64,000 nucleotides of DNA from Candidatus Poribacteria bacterium (GTDB lineage: Bacteria; Poribacteria; WGA-4E; JAJDTR01). The stretch covers positions 896,001 through 960,000 of the forward strand of contig CBDCTK010000002.1 in assembly GCA_965222225.1 (NCBI GenBank), given 5' to 3'. Both the position numbers and the translations under genes were made by a program. Below the pieces are notes generated by a model. The model had not been told where the DNA came from. It saw nothing but the letters and a program-made list of their open reading frames with translations, and did not search any database. Below, in pieces: positions 20,450 through 31,030 of the stretch. Each line of letters opens with the position of its first letter. The first letter of the stretch is position 1.

Positions 20450-20506
20450 CATAAGCCAGTAATACGTTAGCGTTGATTTGTGTATAGGATTGGTTTTTGT
20501 TTCGTG

Positions 20507-21371
20507 TTATGACCACGAGATACGCCCCCATTCCTCACGTGACGAAACTACCCGCTCAGGGTGTGCACGACTCCGCACAAGGTGACCATTGACGCTCGTA
20601 AGTGTGGCTTGACGAGCATCCTGATAACGAAAATCGGCACTCCATCGAAGTTGTCCCGACTTGTTTTCCTGGCCCTGATGGAATAGTAGATTCTGGAAAA
20701 TGAGGACATCGCCAGGATTGAGTTCTATGTCGACCACCTGTCCTCCGTCAATCATTGGATTGATTAGGTCAAAATCAATGTGGAGGTAGTTGTATGGTGG
20801 TACCGAAACATGCTTGGCAACTCCCAGTTTGTGCGTGCCGGGAATAACCTGCATACAGCCGTTGTGCCTATTGACGGGTTGAAAAGGCGACCAGCAATTC
20901 ATATATCGAAGTTGTGCGTATGCCTCGTCGGAGTGCTCTGATGTTCCGCGCCCCGCGCCAAGATAGCCCGCATCCTGATGCCAGAGACTTTCATACAGTT
21001 TGTTGGGAAAAGCTCGCATGCGTACCACATAAGATTATCATCCGCAATTCATCGCCTAAATAGGATTGCGCCAAATCGAGCATGGGCTGATAGGTGTACA
21101 AATCATAAAACTTTGGTTGATGCAGTTCCGAAGTGAATTGAATAAGTCCCGAATTCGGTTCGTTCTCGAAAAGTTTCTTGAACTGCAGTTCAAACGATTC
21201 GTCCTTAAAGGCGTGCGGGATGTCTCCGTTAGCAACACTCTGCCCGTCGAGCGCATCAACGATGCGCTCGACGGCTACCCGGGCATTGTTCATTAACTCA
21301 ATGGGAATGAAATCACGCAGGATGACGTAGCCATCTTCATCAAATTGTTCCTTGAATGTCTGTGCGTCCAC
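20507..21371 (-). pseudogene. PhyH family dioxygenase, frameshifted near 21030
   Basis: N-half FDEDGYVILRD (20991-21371). C-half WHQD, GCMQVIPGTH and PGDVLIFQNLLFHQG (20507-21028). Confidence 0.85.
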
Positions 21372-21630
21372 AATAGAATCTCCTAGGACTAAATGCGTTG
21401 TTGTACTGTTTGGCTAATGAATGATAGCACATACCGTGTGTTTTGCAATCTTTTTCCCAAACGATATTGCAAACCATGGTACGGCTCAATGCCCTCTCTG
21501 GGAATGGATTGAAACTATGAGCAATCTACACTCATTTGCGAGACGATCCCAATCAAGCGTATTCTGACCCCAACCCAATACTAAGAACCTGTTTGAAAAA
21601 GAAAAAAGTTGCCTAGATGGTTGATGTTTA

Positions 21631-21959
21631 GAGCCTGTTTGAAAAGTCCAAATCCGTCTTCGAGAGAGGTCATTTTGGGGAAAACGTCTTGAAAATCCGA
21701 TGCTTTTGGCCATTTGTAGAAAGTTTTCTCATGTTTTCATTGTTGGCTGCTACATACCTATGGGATTGCTATCGCACTCACTATCCGTTCGTTTGATCCC
21801 CACTGGGGCTTAGGTGCACGGGGTTTTGGTGTTTCTATACACCTTACACCTTCATGGATTTCTATCGCAGTCGCTATTCGCTCCCTTGATCCCACTCTGG
21901 GGCTTTTAGAGGCTGGTGCGCAGTGCGCACCCTACAAACTGTACTTTTCAAACAGGCTC
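21631..21959. mobile_element. Non-autonomous MITE with IS5-family-like 17-bp terminal inverted repeats
   Basis: GAGCCTGTTTGAAAAGT (21631-21647) and ACTTTTCAAACAGGCTC (21943-21959), flanked by TA on both sides, with no transposase. A related end (AAGAACCTGTTTGAAAA) lies at ~21583. Confidence 0.8.
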
Positions 21960-22548
21960 TAAGATTACCATTCACATAAAGATTAAATTTACTTCCATCA
22001 AATGTCCCTACGACATGATACCATTGTCCAGCTTTTGCTAGGGTGCCTGGATCTGCAGAAGCAGCAACTACCCAACCAGGTGACCACTGTCCAAATGCAA
22101 AACCAAATCTTCCTTTTTGAACATTTGAATCGTTTAGATGCCAAAGTGTGTATGCGACCTTGTTAATGGCTTCTCCCGGCCAACCCCTTGCTACAATTGA
22201 CCTTTCTGAAATTATTTCACCTTCAGTTTTGACCCATGCTACAACCGTAATTTCAGTTGTGGGGTTCAAAATCGGATCGTTCCCGCAATCAACGTAATCA
22301 CTCGTGCCATTGAATTCCAAAGCTCTGCCAATCTTCCCGTTAACCCATTTAGCCCCAAAAATCGTCCCGTCGTTGCCATTCCCAGAGGAATCTTCGGCTA
22401 CATCACCACTGCCCTCATCAAAGAGCCACATCCCGACAATGGTTTCGGGGTCTGGTTGGGCATAACTTGAAGCAGTTAACACACCAGCAATAAATAGAAC
22501 AACGACGCCAATCAAAACAAAAATCTCTACACAAAATCTTACTTTCAT
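21960..22548 (-). pseudogene. Secreted LamG-like jelly-roll protein truncated by the MITE
   Basis: Signal peptide, GMWLFDEGSG...DSSGNGNDG and WYHVVGTFDG..FNLYVNG, then an abrupt entry into the MITE TIR. Confidence 0.88.
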
Positions 22549-22659
22549 CTTGTTACGCCTTTCATGTATGTTATGCTTGTATAAATCGACTTAGAAGCCT
22601 TGTACCATCTGGCTTTGCAGGCTTATGGGGTCTTATCTCAGCTTCCCTCCTGTTACCCC

Positions 22660-22742
22660 TTTTTGATGGTAACGGTTGATCGTCCGAGTTTGGCGAGATA
22701 TTTTGAATATAAGTGCAATAGGTCTTCGGCTTCCGTTTTCAT
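22660..22742 (-). pseudogene. Possible N-terminal remnant of a tyrosine recombinase
   Basis: RBS GGAGG followed by MKTEAEDLLHLYSKYLAKLGRSTVTIK, resembling the core-binding N-terminus of XerC/D-like integrases. Very short. Confidence 0.35.
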
Positions 22743-23049
22743 CTTTTTCCTCCAAGAAAGCGGGTGAAAATTTATTGGATGCCATTTTTTCTTTAGATCT
22801 GTCTTTGAATCCGAGAGAGGAAACTGTCCAGAAAGTGGGAAGGAACAAAAGGATGTTTTCCCTGGGCGTTTGATTATATCATCCTATCAAATATTTGATG
22901 CCAGTATTAGATGCAATTTTTCGGCAGGAATTTCAAACGCAAAATGGACGAAAATGGCAAAAGAAAGGTGGCTTAGATGCCCATCATCACTGGGCTTGTG
23001 CCAAAGTCCGAAATATCACACGTTCCTTTCTTTGGGGTATACTTCGAAC

Positions 23050-23388
23050 AACGGCAATCCATACGAGCCTTCTCCGACCTGGGGAACGCTTCCAGGCGGC
23101 ATTAATGGCGGAGGCAACAGGGGCTCTGTCCTGTCTGCGGCCAACTCATCATCAAGGAAACGGGCTGGCACAATCATCATATCCAATGGCGTGTCTATGG
23201 CGGCAGTGACGACCTAGACAACCGGGTGCTGCTGCATCCCAACTGTCACCAACAGGTGCATAGTCCTGATTACGACGGAGTGGTGCTGCGTCCTCACGGG
23301 GACGTTCGAGAGGCTTGAGCGGCTTGAGGTTAAAATCTCACGAGCCGTTCTTGTGCGAGGGAGGCGCAAGCCTCCTGAGCTACCCGGC
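23050..23388 (+). mobile_element. Group II intron 3' remnant (maturase C-terminal Zn/HNH domain plus ribozyme domains V-VI)
   Basis: GNPYEP...WRRQQGLCPVCGQLIIKETGWHNHHIQWRVYGGSDDLDNRVLLHPNCHQQVH, stop at 23316-23318. DV GAGCGGCTTGAGGTTAAAATCTCACGAGCCGTTC (23317-23350) and a DVI hairpin ending CTACCCGGC (23388). Confidence 0.9.
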
Positions 23389-23531
23389 GGGGATATGCAA
23401 AAACCCCCAATTTGGAACCCTCCATAATAAGTTATTGCGCACACGGCAAAAATCAAAACCTGACAGCTTTCGCTGTCCCCTTGTAAACCCTCAAGCGCAA
23501 TTTCCTTTGTCACTAATAATCACCTCGGATT

Positions 23532-23700
23532 TCACCAGGTTATCCGTTCCTTATCTTGCCGTCCACAGCCCAGGTCAATTGTCCAAGTAGCGCAGGTGAC
23601 GACGCTGGCAGCCTCAGAGCATAGGTAAGCGACAAGAGCTGCCACCTCCCGCGGCTCAATAAGCCGCTTGATGTAGCGCCCTTGAGTTCGGTACACTTTC
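23532..23700 (-). pseudogene. C-terminal SDR fragment
   Basis: IKRLIEPREVAALVAYLCSEAASVVT.ATWTIDLG. Confidence 0.7.
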
Positions 23701-23736
23701 GGTTGCTGAATGTGAATCATTCGACCCGAGCCAGGA

Positions 23737-25686
23737 TCAGCCGAAAAACGCGTAGAGTCGTGTTCCCGACATAATCCCCAGCAGATTCCAGAAGCAGCCT
23801 ATTGCGTATTCGCCCAGGATGAGGCCAAGGAAAAAAGGGACTGCATTGCGATACGCTTTGAGACCTCCGTACTTGAGGATTACCCATTTGATAATCCAAC
23901 CCACCAGAAACGAGAACCAGATAAGATTAATGAGCCATCCGCTTGTGGATAGGGCATAGCCAACCGGATGTAACGGCCACCACAAAAACCGGGTACGGAG
24001 AAACATCATTATCAAGGAAAAAAAGAGACCAATCCCAATAAAGCCCAGTTCAGGATAGCTCGTGTTGCCAGGATAGCGAAGCCACCGCTCCAGCCGGTTA
24101 AAGGATTCCCATGGAATGCCCACGTATCCCGTAAAACCCGAAGCGACGCCCTCTTCATAGGCAGAATGGAGCCATATCCATAAAGAAGACACAACGCCAA
24201 CTGCAACAGCTATCATAATGGCGGCGGCAAGCCTTCTGGCGTTCATGCCCACCCGTTCCGCCATCTTGAAACCTTCTAATTGATGAGGCATTGGATGACT
24301 TGCCATTGCCCGGTCAGTGAAAAATAGATAAGTCAGCATCATCAGGTTTTTCCCGCCCAGACTCCGTGATCCAAATGCCGCAACAAGGATATTATCTGGC
24401 CCCACCAAATAGAACGAGTGGTTTGGCGGCCCAAGTTCCGCGCGCATCCGCGTGACGGTCGTCGCAAAACCGACCAACAGAGCAAAAAACGGTAACGCTA
24501 TCCAGAAAGACATTCCACCGGCCATACAAAACAGGATCAGAAAAGAGAGTCCCAGAGTAAGTCCTATCAAGGCTGTTCGAGGACTCATTGGCTCTTTTGA
24601 GAAATCGCGTCCTTCTGACGTCTTTGCACCCCCTCGAAATGATTGTATGAAAACGTTCTTCAGATGCTTCCTGGTCAGCCATAATGCAATGAGAAGGAGC
24701 CCAAGCCATCCGCCGGTCGTTTGTTGATAGAGATAGGGGAAACCATGCAACCGGTGCCATCCAAACATACTTGCTATGATGCGTTGCGATTTGGCGAACA
24801 GATAGAAAAACCAAACGGAGAAACACAAATCCAGCGGGATAAAAAACACGAATCCCACAATCCATGGATAAACCGCAACCGGTGTCCATCCGATGGCGTT
24901 CCACGGTTTTTCAGTGAATAAGCTGCTGATGTCTGTTCGTAAACGCAGGTTAGGAACGGCTGGGAAATGGAAATGCAGCGCATTGATCATAGTAATTACT
25001 GCCATTAAACCGAACCCCAATAGGAACAACTTATTTGAAAAGAGCGCATTTCCAGTGCCGTTTCGCGTCATCGCCAAAGGGAGTTGGATGATTGGATATG
25101 ACAGCTTCTCACGCTCTGTCCACTGTTTTCTGACAAGCACGGTGACACACAGAAAGGTAAATATCAGAACCACCGTAAAGATTGACCAGAGCGCCAGAGG
25201 TTTCAACCAGACGTTGATATATTCAGTACGATAAATGCTGGAATCGCCTTCATAGAAACCGCGCAGCGCTGTTTTATCTTTAACCGCCAGCCGATCAGGC
25301 ACGTAGCGCGAAAATAATTCAGACCATTCGTTCTCGGGAGTGGCGTACCAGGAGGCGTGTCCTAGCGAAAGGATGAGGTTCAGAAGGAACTCGTTTCCCG
25401 TCATGCTGGAGCCCATGCATAACATCACGAAGATGGTAAGCAACTCCCCCTGTTTCAACGCCGCTTTAGGAGCTAATCGCTTGCATAATGCGTTGAATCC
25501 CACTAGCATCAACAGAGTGAAGACCACATTAAAGAAAAGGGAAACGCCGGAGGTCAAAGAGGTCCCGCCCGAGCCCGAGATCCCTTCGCCCTGAGCTACC
25601 CAATAACAGTTAGGTGGGATCAAGACAAGCCCTATCACCAGAGCACGGAAAGTGACGCCCGATGAGCTGTTTCCTGGTTTTCCCAT
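23737..25686 (-). CDS. DUF6785/DUF6784-type polytopic membrane protein (putative transporter)
   Basis: 649 aa with many TM segments. Motifs TFRAL, RKQWTEREKLSYPIIQLP, RMRAELGP, PMPHQLEGFKMAE and WWPLHPVGY. Paralog at 48225-50120. Confidence 0.8.
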   Translation of the reverse strand: MGKPGNSSSGVTFRALVIGLVLIPPNCYWVAQGEGISGSGGTSLTSGVSLFFNVVFTLLMLVGFNALCKRLAPKAALKQGELLTIFVMLCMGSSMTGNEFLLNLILSLGHASWYATPENEWSELFSRYVPDRLAVKDKTALRGFYEGDSSIYRTEYINVWLKPLALWSIFTVVLIFTFLCVTVLVRKQWTEREKLSYPIIQLPLAMTRNGTGNALFSNKLFLLGFGLMAVITMINALHFHFPAVPNLRLRTDISSLFTEKPWNAIGWTPVAVYPWIVGFVFFIPLDLCFSVWFFYLFAKSQRIIASMFGWHRLHGFPYLYQQTTGGWLGLLLIALWLTRKHLKNVFIQSFRGGAKTSEGRDFSKEPMSPRTALIGLTLGLSFLILFCMAGGMSFWIALPFFALLVGFATTVTRMRAELGPPNHSFYLVGPDNILVAAFGSRSLGGKNLMMLTYLFFTDRAMASHPMPHQLEGFKMAERVGMNARRLAAAIMIAVAVGVVSSLWIWLHSAYEEGVASGFTGYVGIPWESFNRLERWLRYPGNTSYPELGFIGIGLFFSLIMMFLRTRFLWWPLHPVGYALSTSGWLINLIWFSFLVGWIIKWVILKYGGLKAYRNAVPFFLGLILGEYAIGCFWNLLGIMSGTRLYAFFG

Positions 25687-25741
25687 GTTAGAACATCCCT
25701 GATCTCTGCTATGACTGAGTGGTTATATTGTAACTGGGTGC

Positions 25742-26398
25742 CTATTTCAGATCGCCGTTCCGGCTCATCCAGTCTGCAAACGCCTGGAAACGCTCTAAGG
25801 GGACACGGGTCCCATCTGCACCACATCCACCACTGTAATTCGCACGCCGTAGTCTGGGCGTATACAGCTCATCAAGTGCTGATGCAATTCCTTCCACCGG
25901 TCCAGACAGAAATACACTCGCGGGAATTGCTGCAATGATAATCAAGTCTTCGCTGATCACATCCAGGGCTAGCTCCGCAGGTGTATCACCAATTGGCGGC
26001 GCTGTCAGCGCGTGAATACCATCCAAGCCTGAATCCTTAATCTGGTGAAGGAGGTTCTTCACATGTCCGCACATATGAATAATTGCCGTTTTTCCCGCCG
26101 CGTGAATTATGTCAACAAAGTCACACACATGTGGACAGTTATACTTGCGATAGATTTCGGGACTGATATAAAACGTGCTGGTATTCTCGCAAAGGATGAT
26201 GATGTCACAAGGGCCCTGTGCCATTATCTCAAAAGCTTTTAGCTCCCGCTCATGAATCGTGTTAATCAACATTTCCATTTCCTCAGGATGGTCGGAGAGC
26301 AGATAGTAGAAATTCTGCACGCCCATCTCATACTGAAGTAATTGCGGTATGGTGGAGGCTCTCCAAAATCTCGCGGCTATGCAGTCTTCACCTATAAT
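25742..26398 (-). pseudogene. Uroporphyrinogen decarboxylase-like (URO-D/MtaA family) protein, 5' truncated by an IS
   Basis: ENTSTFYISPEIYRKY, IIHMCGH and HALTAPPIGD. The N-terminus is replaced by the IS end at 26399. Confidence 0.75.
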
Positions 26399-26663
26399 AA
26401 CCAATGGTGCTAGTTTGAAATTTGGAGGTTAATAAGCATAACATTCCCTTTTGGCTTTGCTTTAACGCGAAAGGTATCAGGGCATGAGACGATTTCCTCG
26501 ATTCTACCGTTAATTTGAGTATCGGTAGCTATCAAATAACGGGAGGAAATCTAGACTCATGACCATAGTAGATTTTATCACAGAACTGTTTTGTTGTGTT
26601 GATGATAAACTCTCACAGCACGGTAAAAACCATAAGCATAGCCAAGCCAAACTTTACCCGTCA
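26399..26663 (+). mobile_element. IS left end with transposase N-terminus (IS982-like), truncated
   Basis: Terminal AACCAATGGTGCTAGTT, RBS GGAGG and MTIVDFITELFCCVDDKL...KHSQAKLYPS (from 26559). Fuses directly to the Tn3 fragment. Confidence 0.55.
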
Positions 26664-27932
26664 TTGTCTTCCGCCAACTCAAAGCCAAAGTCGTCCGGCC
26701 GATGAAATCGTATCGATTCTCGCCGCAGTCATGGCTCATGGTTGTAACATCGGTCCGGATACGATGGCTCAAATCACGCCGGGAATCAGCTACTGGCAAC
26801 TCCAACGGATTACCGACCAATGAAACGCAACGCGGTGCATTGGCAGACGTTGTCAACGCAATTGCACGTCTTGACATCACTTCGGCTTGGGGGGAAGGAA
26901 AAACCAGTTCAAGCGATGGGCAACGTTTTGCTTTTCGGAGAAAAGTGCTCCAGCAAAACTACAGTTACAAATTCAATGACTACGCATTGGAATTCTACTC
27001 GTTCGTTGCTGACAACTACGCCCCATTTTACAGCGTACCTATCGAATGCAATGAGCGAGACGCCCCCTACGTTCTTGATGGGCTTTTGTATAATGAGAGT
27101 GATCTTCAATTAGAAGAACACTATACCGATACCCATGGCTATACAGAGATTAACTTTGCGGCGTTCGCCATGCTTGGCAAACGATTCTGTCCCCGGATTC
27201 GCAAAGTTCAAAAACAGAGAATCTATCGAATCAACACGCATTATGATTATGGGGCAATCGGTCCCCTTGTCAGCCGCGGAGATCGCCAAATAAAGATGGA
27301 CCCAATTGTCGAGACTTGGGATCGCATGGGGCAATTTTACGCCACACTCCAAAGCGGTCATACCACAGCTTCGGTGGCACTCAAACGTTTGAATTCGATG
27401 AGCCGAAAGAACCGATTCTACTTTGCCAACCGCGAGTTGGGACGAATCTTCAAAACCGAGTTCATCTTAGATTACATGTCGCAGCCACCCTTACGCCGCC
27501 AAATTCGCCGGGGTTTGCTGAAAGGAGATCATCTCCATTCACTGGCGAGAGATGTGGCTTTTGCCAAGCGGGGAAGAATCACCAAGCGAGACTTTTATGA
27601 GTTGATGAAAACATGCAGCGGTCTGACGCTGATTCTCGCTTGCATTGTTTACTGGCAGGCAAAAGAAATTGGTCAAGTGATCGCGGAATGTGATCCACAG
27701 AAAAGTGGAATTGATATTTCCTTATTGGAACATGTCAGCCCTGTCGAATGGGAAAATGTGGTTCTCTACGGCGAATACTTCATTGACCGTAACCTGATTC
27801 GATGAAAAAAGAAGAGACTCACATGGCTTTTTTCTCCCGTTTTCTCGTTTTCCCGTTTTCAAAACCGCCACTCGACTCTTATCCGTCCATTGGGCTTAGG
27901 GTATAAATTTACACCAATCTGCCTACTACCTG
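26662..27932 (+). mobile_element. tnpA: Tn3-family transposon remnant: C-terminal half of TnpA (frameshifted ~26820) plus right inverted repeat
   Basis: MAHGCNIG, WGEGKTSSSDGQRF, ERDAPYVLDGLL, HYTDTHGYTE, RELGRIFKT and LLEHVSPVEWEN (stop 27805). 38-bp IR at 27895-27932, reverse complement CAGGTAGTAGG...ATACCCTAAG. Confidence 0.9.
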
Positions 27933-28338
27933 TTTATGGGAAACGGCGCAGGACAAGTCCCGTGTAAAATGCTCATATTGCAGTTCGAAGGCGGATAATC
28001 CGTAGCGACATTATCATGGTAGTGTGTCAGGTGAGGATCGCACGGTCGTGGGCTTCAGGCATTTGGGCTAGCAATCTGTTGGCGGGCTTCGATAAATGAT
28101 GGGGATGAAATATTGGCACAGAAAAGGCATCTTTGACGACTGCCAAAGACGCCCTCAACCCAGATGTGGTGCGAGTTTGCGCGATTCTGGATGACGCTAC
28201 GGCGCTTAGATCTCTGCGCCAGTTTCAAAAACCCAAACGCGGTGGGTATCGACCTCGAAGAAGAAACACGACATGACTGTGTTCCCGCACTTTTGTCCGA
28301 CATTCAACTTGCTACGGAATCATTGCAAAATCGTTGCA

Positions 28339-28462
28339 TCATTCCAGCACACACCATGTGGCTCTTACCTTACCTTCCTTTTTCACCGCTACCTTGTTTA
28401 CCAAGTCAGTTAAATCTCGATAGGCCGCCATTCGGTCAATGTTAAACAACTCGCGATACATT
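28339..28462 (-). pseudogene. Winged-helix C-terminal remnant (Fic/RecG-C-like)
   Basis: YRELFNIDRMAAYRDLTDLVNK..VKKEGKVRAT. Confidence 0.5.
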
Positions 28463-28537
28463 TTAACGTTGACTTCAACACACGTTGGTGCTGTACCCCG
28501 TATACAGCTAGTGCCGTCGCAGGCAAATTGACGGCTT

Positions 28538-28585
28538 CGTAGTGACGAATTTACTCGTTCCATGAACGACTGAAGTCGTCACTAC
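28538..28585. repeat. REP-like palindrome
   Basis: GTAGTGACGAATTTACTCGTT...AACGACTGAAGTCGTCACTAC, an inverted repeat starting with GTAG. Confidence 0.65.
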
Positions 28586-28614
28586 AAAGTTGACAGCGTA
28601 GAGCCCCCGTAAAG

Positions 28615-28810
28615 CTATTGCCCGCCGGTCACATCAATGGTCACGCCGGTGACATAATCGGCGTCGGACGAGGCAAGAAAGCAGATCGCCTTGGCCTGGT
28701 CCTCTGGCAGGGCGACGCACCCTAAGGGCGTATTGGCAAGATACGCCTGCCGTTCCGCCTCAGACATCTGTTCCCAACGCGGGTTAATCCGCTCACTCAA
28801 GGTCGTGCCG
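28615..28810 (-). pseudogene. C-terminal SDR fragment
   Basis: TPLG.VALPEDQAKAICFLASSDADYVTGVTIDVTGG. Confidence 0.8.
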
Positions 28811-29474
28811 GGTGCGACGTGAAGTGCAGCAGCATGCCGACCGGGTTGCCATTTTCACCGGTGGCCTGGTGGAGGAGACCAACCTCCGGGTCAATGGGCC
28901 CTTCCGTGTATAGCACGTTGTCACGGCCGCAGTGGGCGTGCGTGTCGGTGATTCCCTCGCGTGTGACGAATCGTCGGTCGATTGAAGGATACTCGTGTCT
29001 CGATGCCCCGGGCGGCGGAACGCGTGACCGGTTGTATCGCGGCAACTGCGTGTCCGATCACCTGGAGACTCTTTTCCACCGCAGTCGGCGTATATTCCGG
29101 TGTACTTCCCCGCAGCCACGCATGTTCGGGCGGAATGATGGGGTGTTATCGTCCGCGCAGAAGTGATTGCCGAGCGACGGCGCGGAGTGCGTCTGGGTCG
29201 TGTGGACCATGACGGCGCGCCGGTCGAATCCGAAGCGTTCGGCGGAGCCATCGCGGATGCGGTCCGCCCACTCGTGGCCGATGCCGAGCAGATCGAGAAC
29301 GAGGACACAGAGTTTTGCGCCCTCGTTCTCGAATACCGCGGCGCGAGCGAAGATTGGCTCACGGATTTCCTCGGTTGGGCGCGGTCGGCCGATGTCACCG
29401 GCGATCTGTGTGCCCAAGGGAGGGCTGATGTCGATTTCGGCGAACCCTGCGAGTACGTGCTCGGAAGCGGTCAC
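28811..29474 (-). pseudogene. Neutral ceramidase-like hydrolase, frameshifted and 3' truncated
   Basis: AGFAEIDISPP, EPIFARA, HTTQTHSAP, then a frameshift to NR...EGPIDPEVG...LLHFTSHP. Confidence 0.75.
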
Positions 29475-30181
29475 GGCATTTTCCCGCGCAGGATCGGGCA
29501 TTGGGTGACGTCTTGGCCCCGTAATCCCGCTTCCTGCAGGTGCACGGTGTAACCGCAGCGTGAGCGATCGGACCGGTTGGGCGGAGCGCCATGGATGGTC
29601 TGGCAGTGATGCATTACCGCATGCCCCGCAGGCACGGTAAACGAGATGGCGCGCGAGGCATCGACCTGGTCATCGGATAGGAGCTTGTGGCTGTAAGCCT
29701 TTGGGTCGTCTAAATCGAGCTCGCCCTCGAGCAGATTGGTCTGGCTGCCCGGAATGTAATGAACACCCCCGTTGGAGGCGTCCGCATCGTCCAGAGCAAT
29801 CCAGATGGTTGCCATGTTGGGCGGGTCGGCAGCCCACCAAATGTTGTCTTGGTGCCACGTCGAAGGGGCGCCCTGCTTCGGCGGCTTCCAGAAGATGTTG
29901 TCCTGGTAGTACTGGACGTTGGGCCCCAGGACCGACTCGGCAGCGTCGAGAAGATTGTCGTTGTTGACGATCGACTTAAACCATTCATCGAAGGAACTGA
30001 CCATTATCAGGCGAAAAGCTTTCTTGCCCAAGCTCTCGGCGGGATTGTCGAGCAGATCGCGCTGGCGCAATGCTTCGATGTGTTCCTTGGCTTCCGCCAC
30101 GGTCGCCTCGTCCAGAACGTTGCCGATGGGAACTACGCCATTGCGGCGGTAGACGTCGATTTGGTCTGATGTAAACTTCAT
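29471..30181 (-). CDS. PhyH family dioxygenase
   Basis: KPPKQGAPSTWHQD, WIALDDA...NGGVHYIPGS and HGAPPNRSDRSR. RBS AAGGAG. Confidence 0.92.
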   Translation of the reverse strand: MKFTSDQIDVYRRNGVVPIGNVLDEATVAEAKEHIEALRQRDLLDNPAESLGKKAFRLIMVSSFDEWFKSIVNNDNLLDAAESVLGPNVQYYQDNIFWKPPKQGAPSTWHQDNIWWAADPPNMATIWIALDDADASNGGVHYIPGSQTNLLEGELDLDDPKAYSHKLLSDDQVDASRAISFTVPAGHAVMHHCQTIHGAPPNRSDRSRCGYTVHLQEAGLRGQDVTQCPILRGKMP

Positions 30182-30197
30182 GCGCAGGCTCCTTTCA

Positions 30198-30495
30198 GGC
30201 TGTGGAAATTGAAAAAAAAGGGACGCTTAACCCTACAATGTGATGAAATGTGGTCGTTTGTGGGTCACAAGAAGAACAAACAATGGAACTGTAATTCCCA
30301 GCAAACGACATCGTCCAGTTGGCAAAGAAACCGGCCAAACCAGTTATATCGAGCGCTTTAATTGCACCATCAGGCAAAGGATCAGCCGACTGGTTCGAAA
30401 AACACTCTCCTTTTCCAAGAAGCTGGAGAATCATATCGGCGCCATTTGGCTCTTTGTTCATCATTACAATGCATCCTTACTTGTTTAGGACTACC
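30198..30495 (+). mobile_element. insB: Internally deleted copy of the IS1 element at 45915-46699
   Basis: Nearly identical to 45915-46370 apart from a ~155-bp internal deletion. Ends in TTTAGGACTACC. Confidence 0.92.
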
Positions 30496-31030
30496 AAATT
30501 GTTTAGCCCTGATTTTATACGGGGCCGTGGGTATTTTGACGATCAATTACCAACTTTCCGATTTGTGATACCCAGTTCATTGAATACGTACGTTTTTCCG
30601 ATAAGGAATATCAACTAACCACTGATTAACGAGTGAATAAACGATAAAGAGTCTTGTCAAATAAATGCCCCAAAAGGGGTTTCAGTGGATCTAGGATTTT
30701 ACATCAAGTCTTCTTGACCCCTCGCGGGGGTCTGTTGATTTCACACTTGTTAGCCCTGTGACGGTTTACGTACCTTTATGCGGTTGTACCCCAATTTCCT
30801 CCAAGAGGTTGCCGAACAGTGCAGCATCAACTCTCGAGATCGAGCAAAGCGAATCGTAGCAGTGCTGTTCCATGTATATCATTCCAGCACTCCTGCGGTT
30901 CCATGGGTGTCTTCAATCACTCAATAGAGACCCCATTGCCTTCAATCCGCTCCAATGAAAAGTGTCCGGTAGTGAATGCCAGGGAAATAAGGGTACCCAT
31001 GTTCTATTATAACACCAACGGCACTAATAA

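Noticed and set aside
12903-21905. CRISPR array made of the ~37-nt repeats
   Set aside because: The copies are divergent, dispersed and on both strands, without regular spacers. No cas genes are present.
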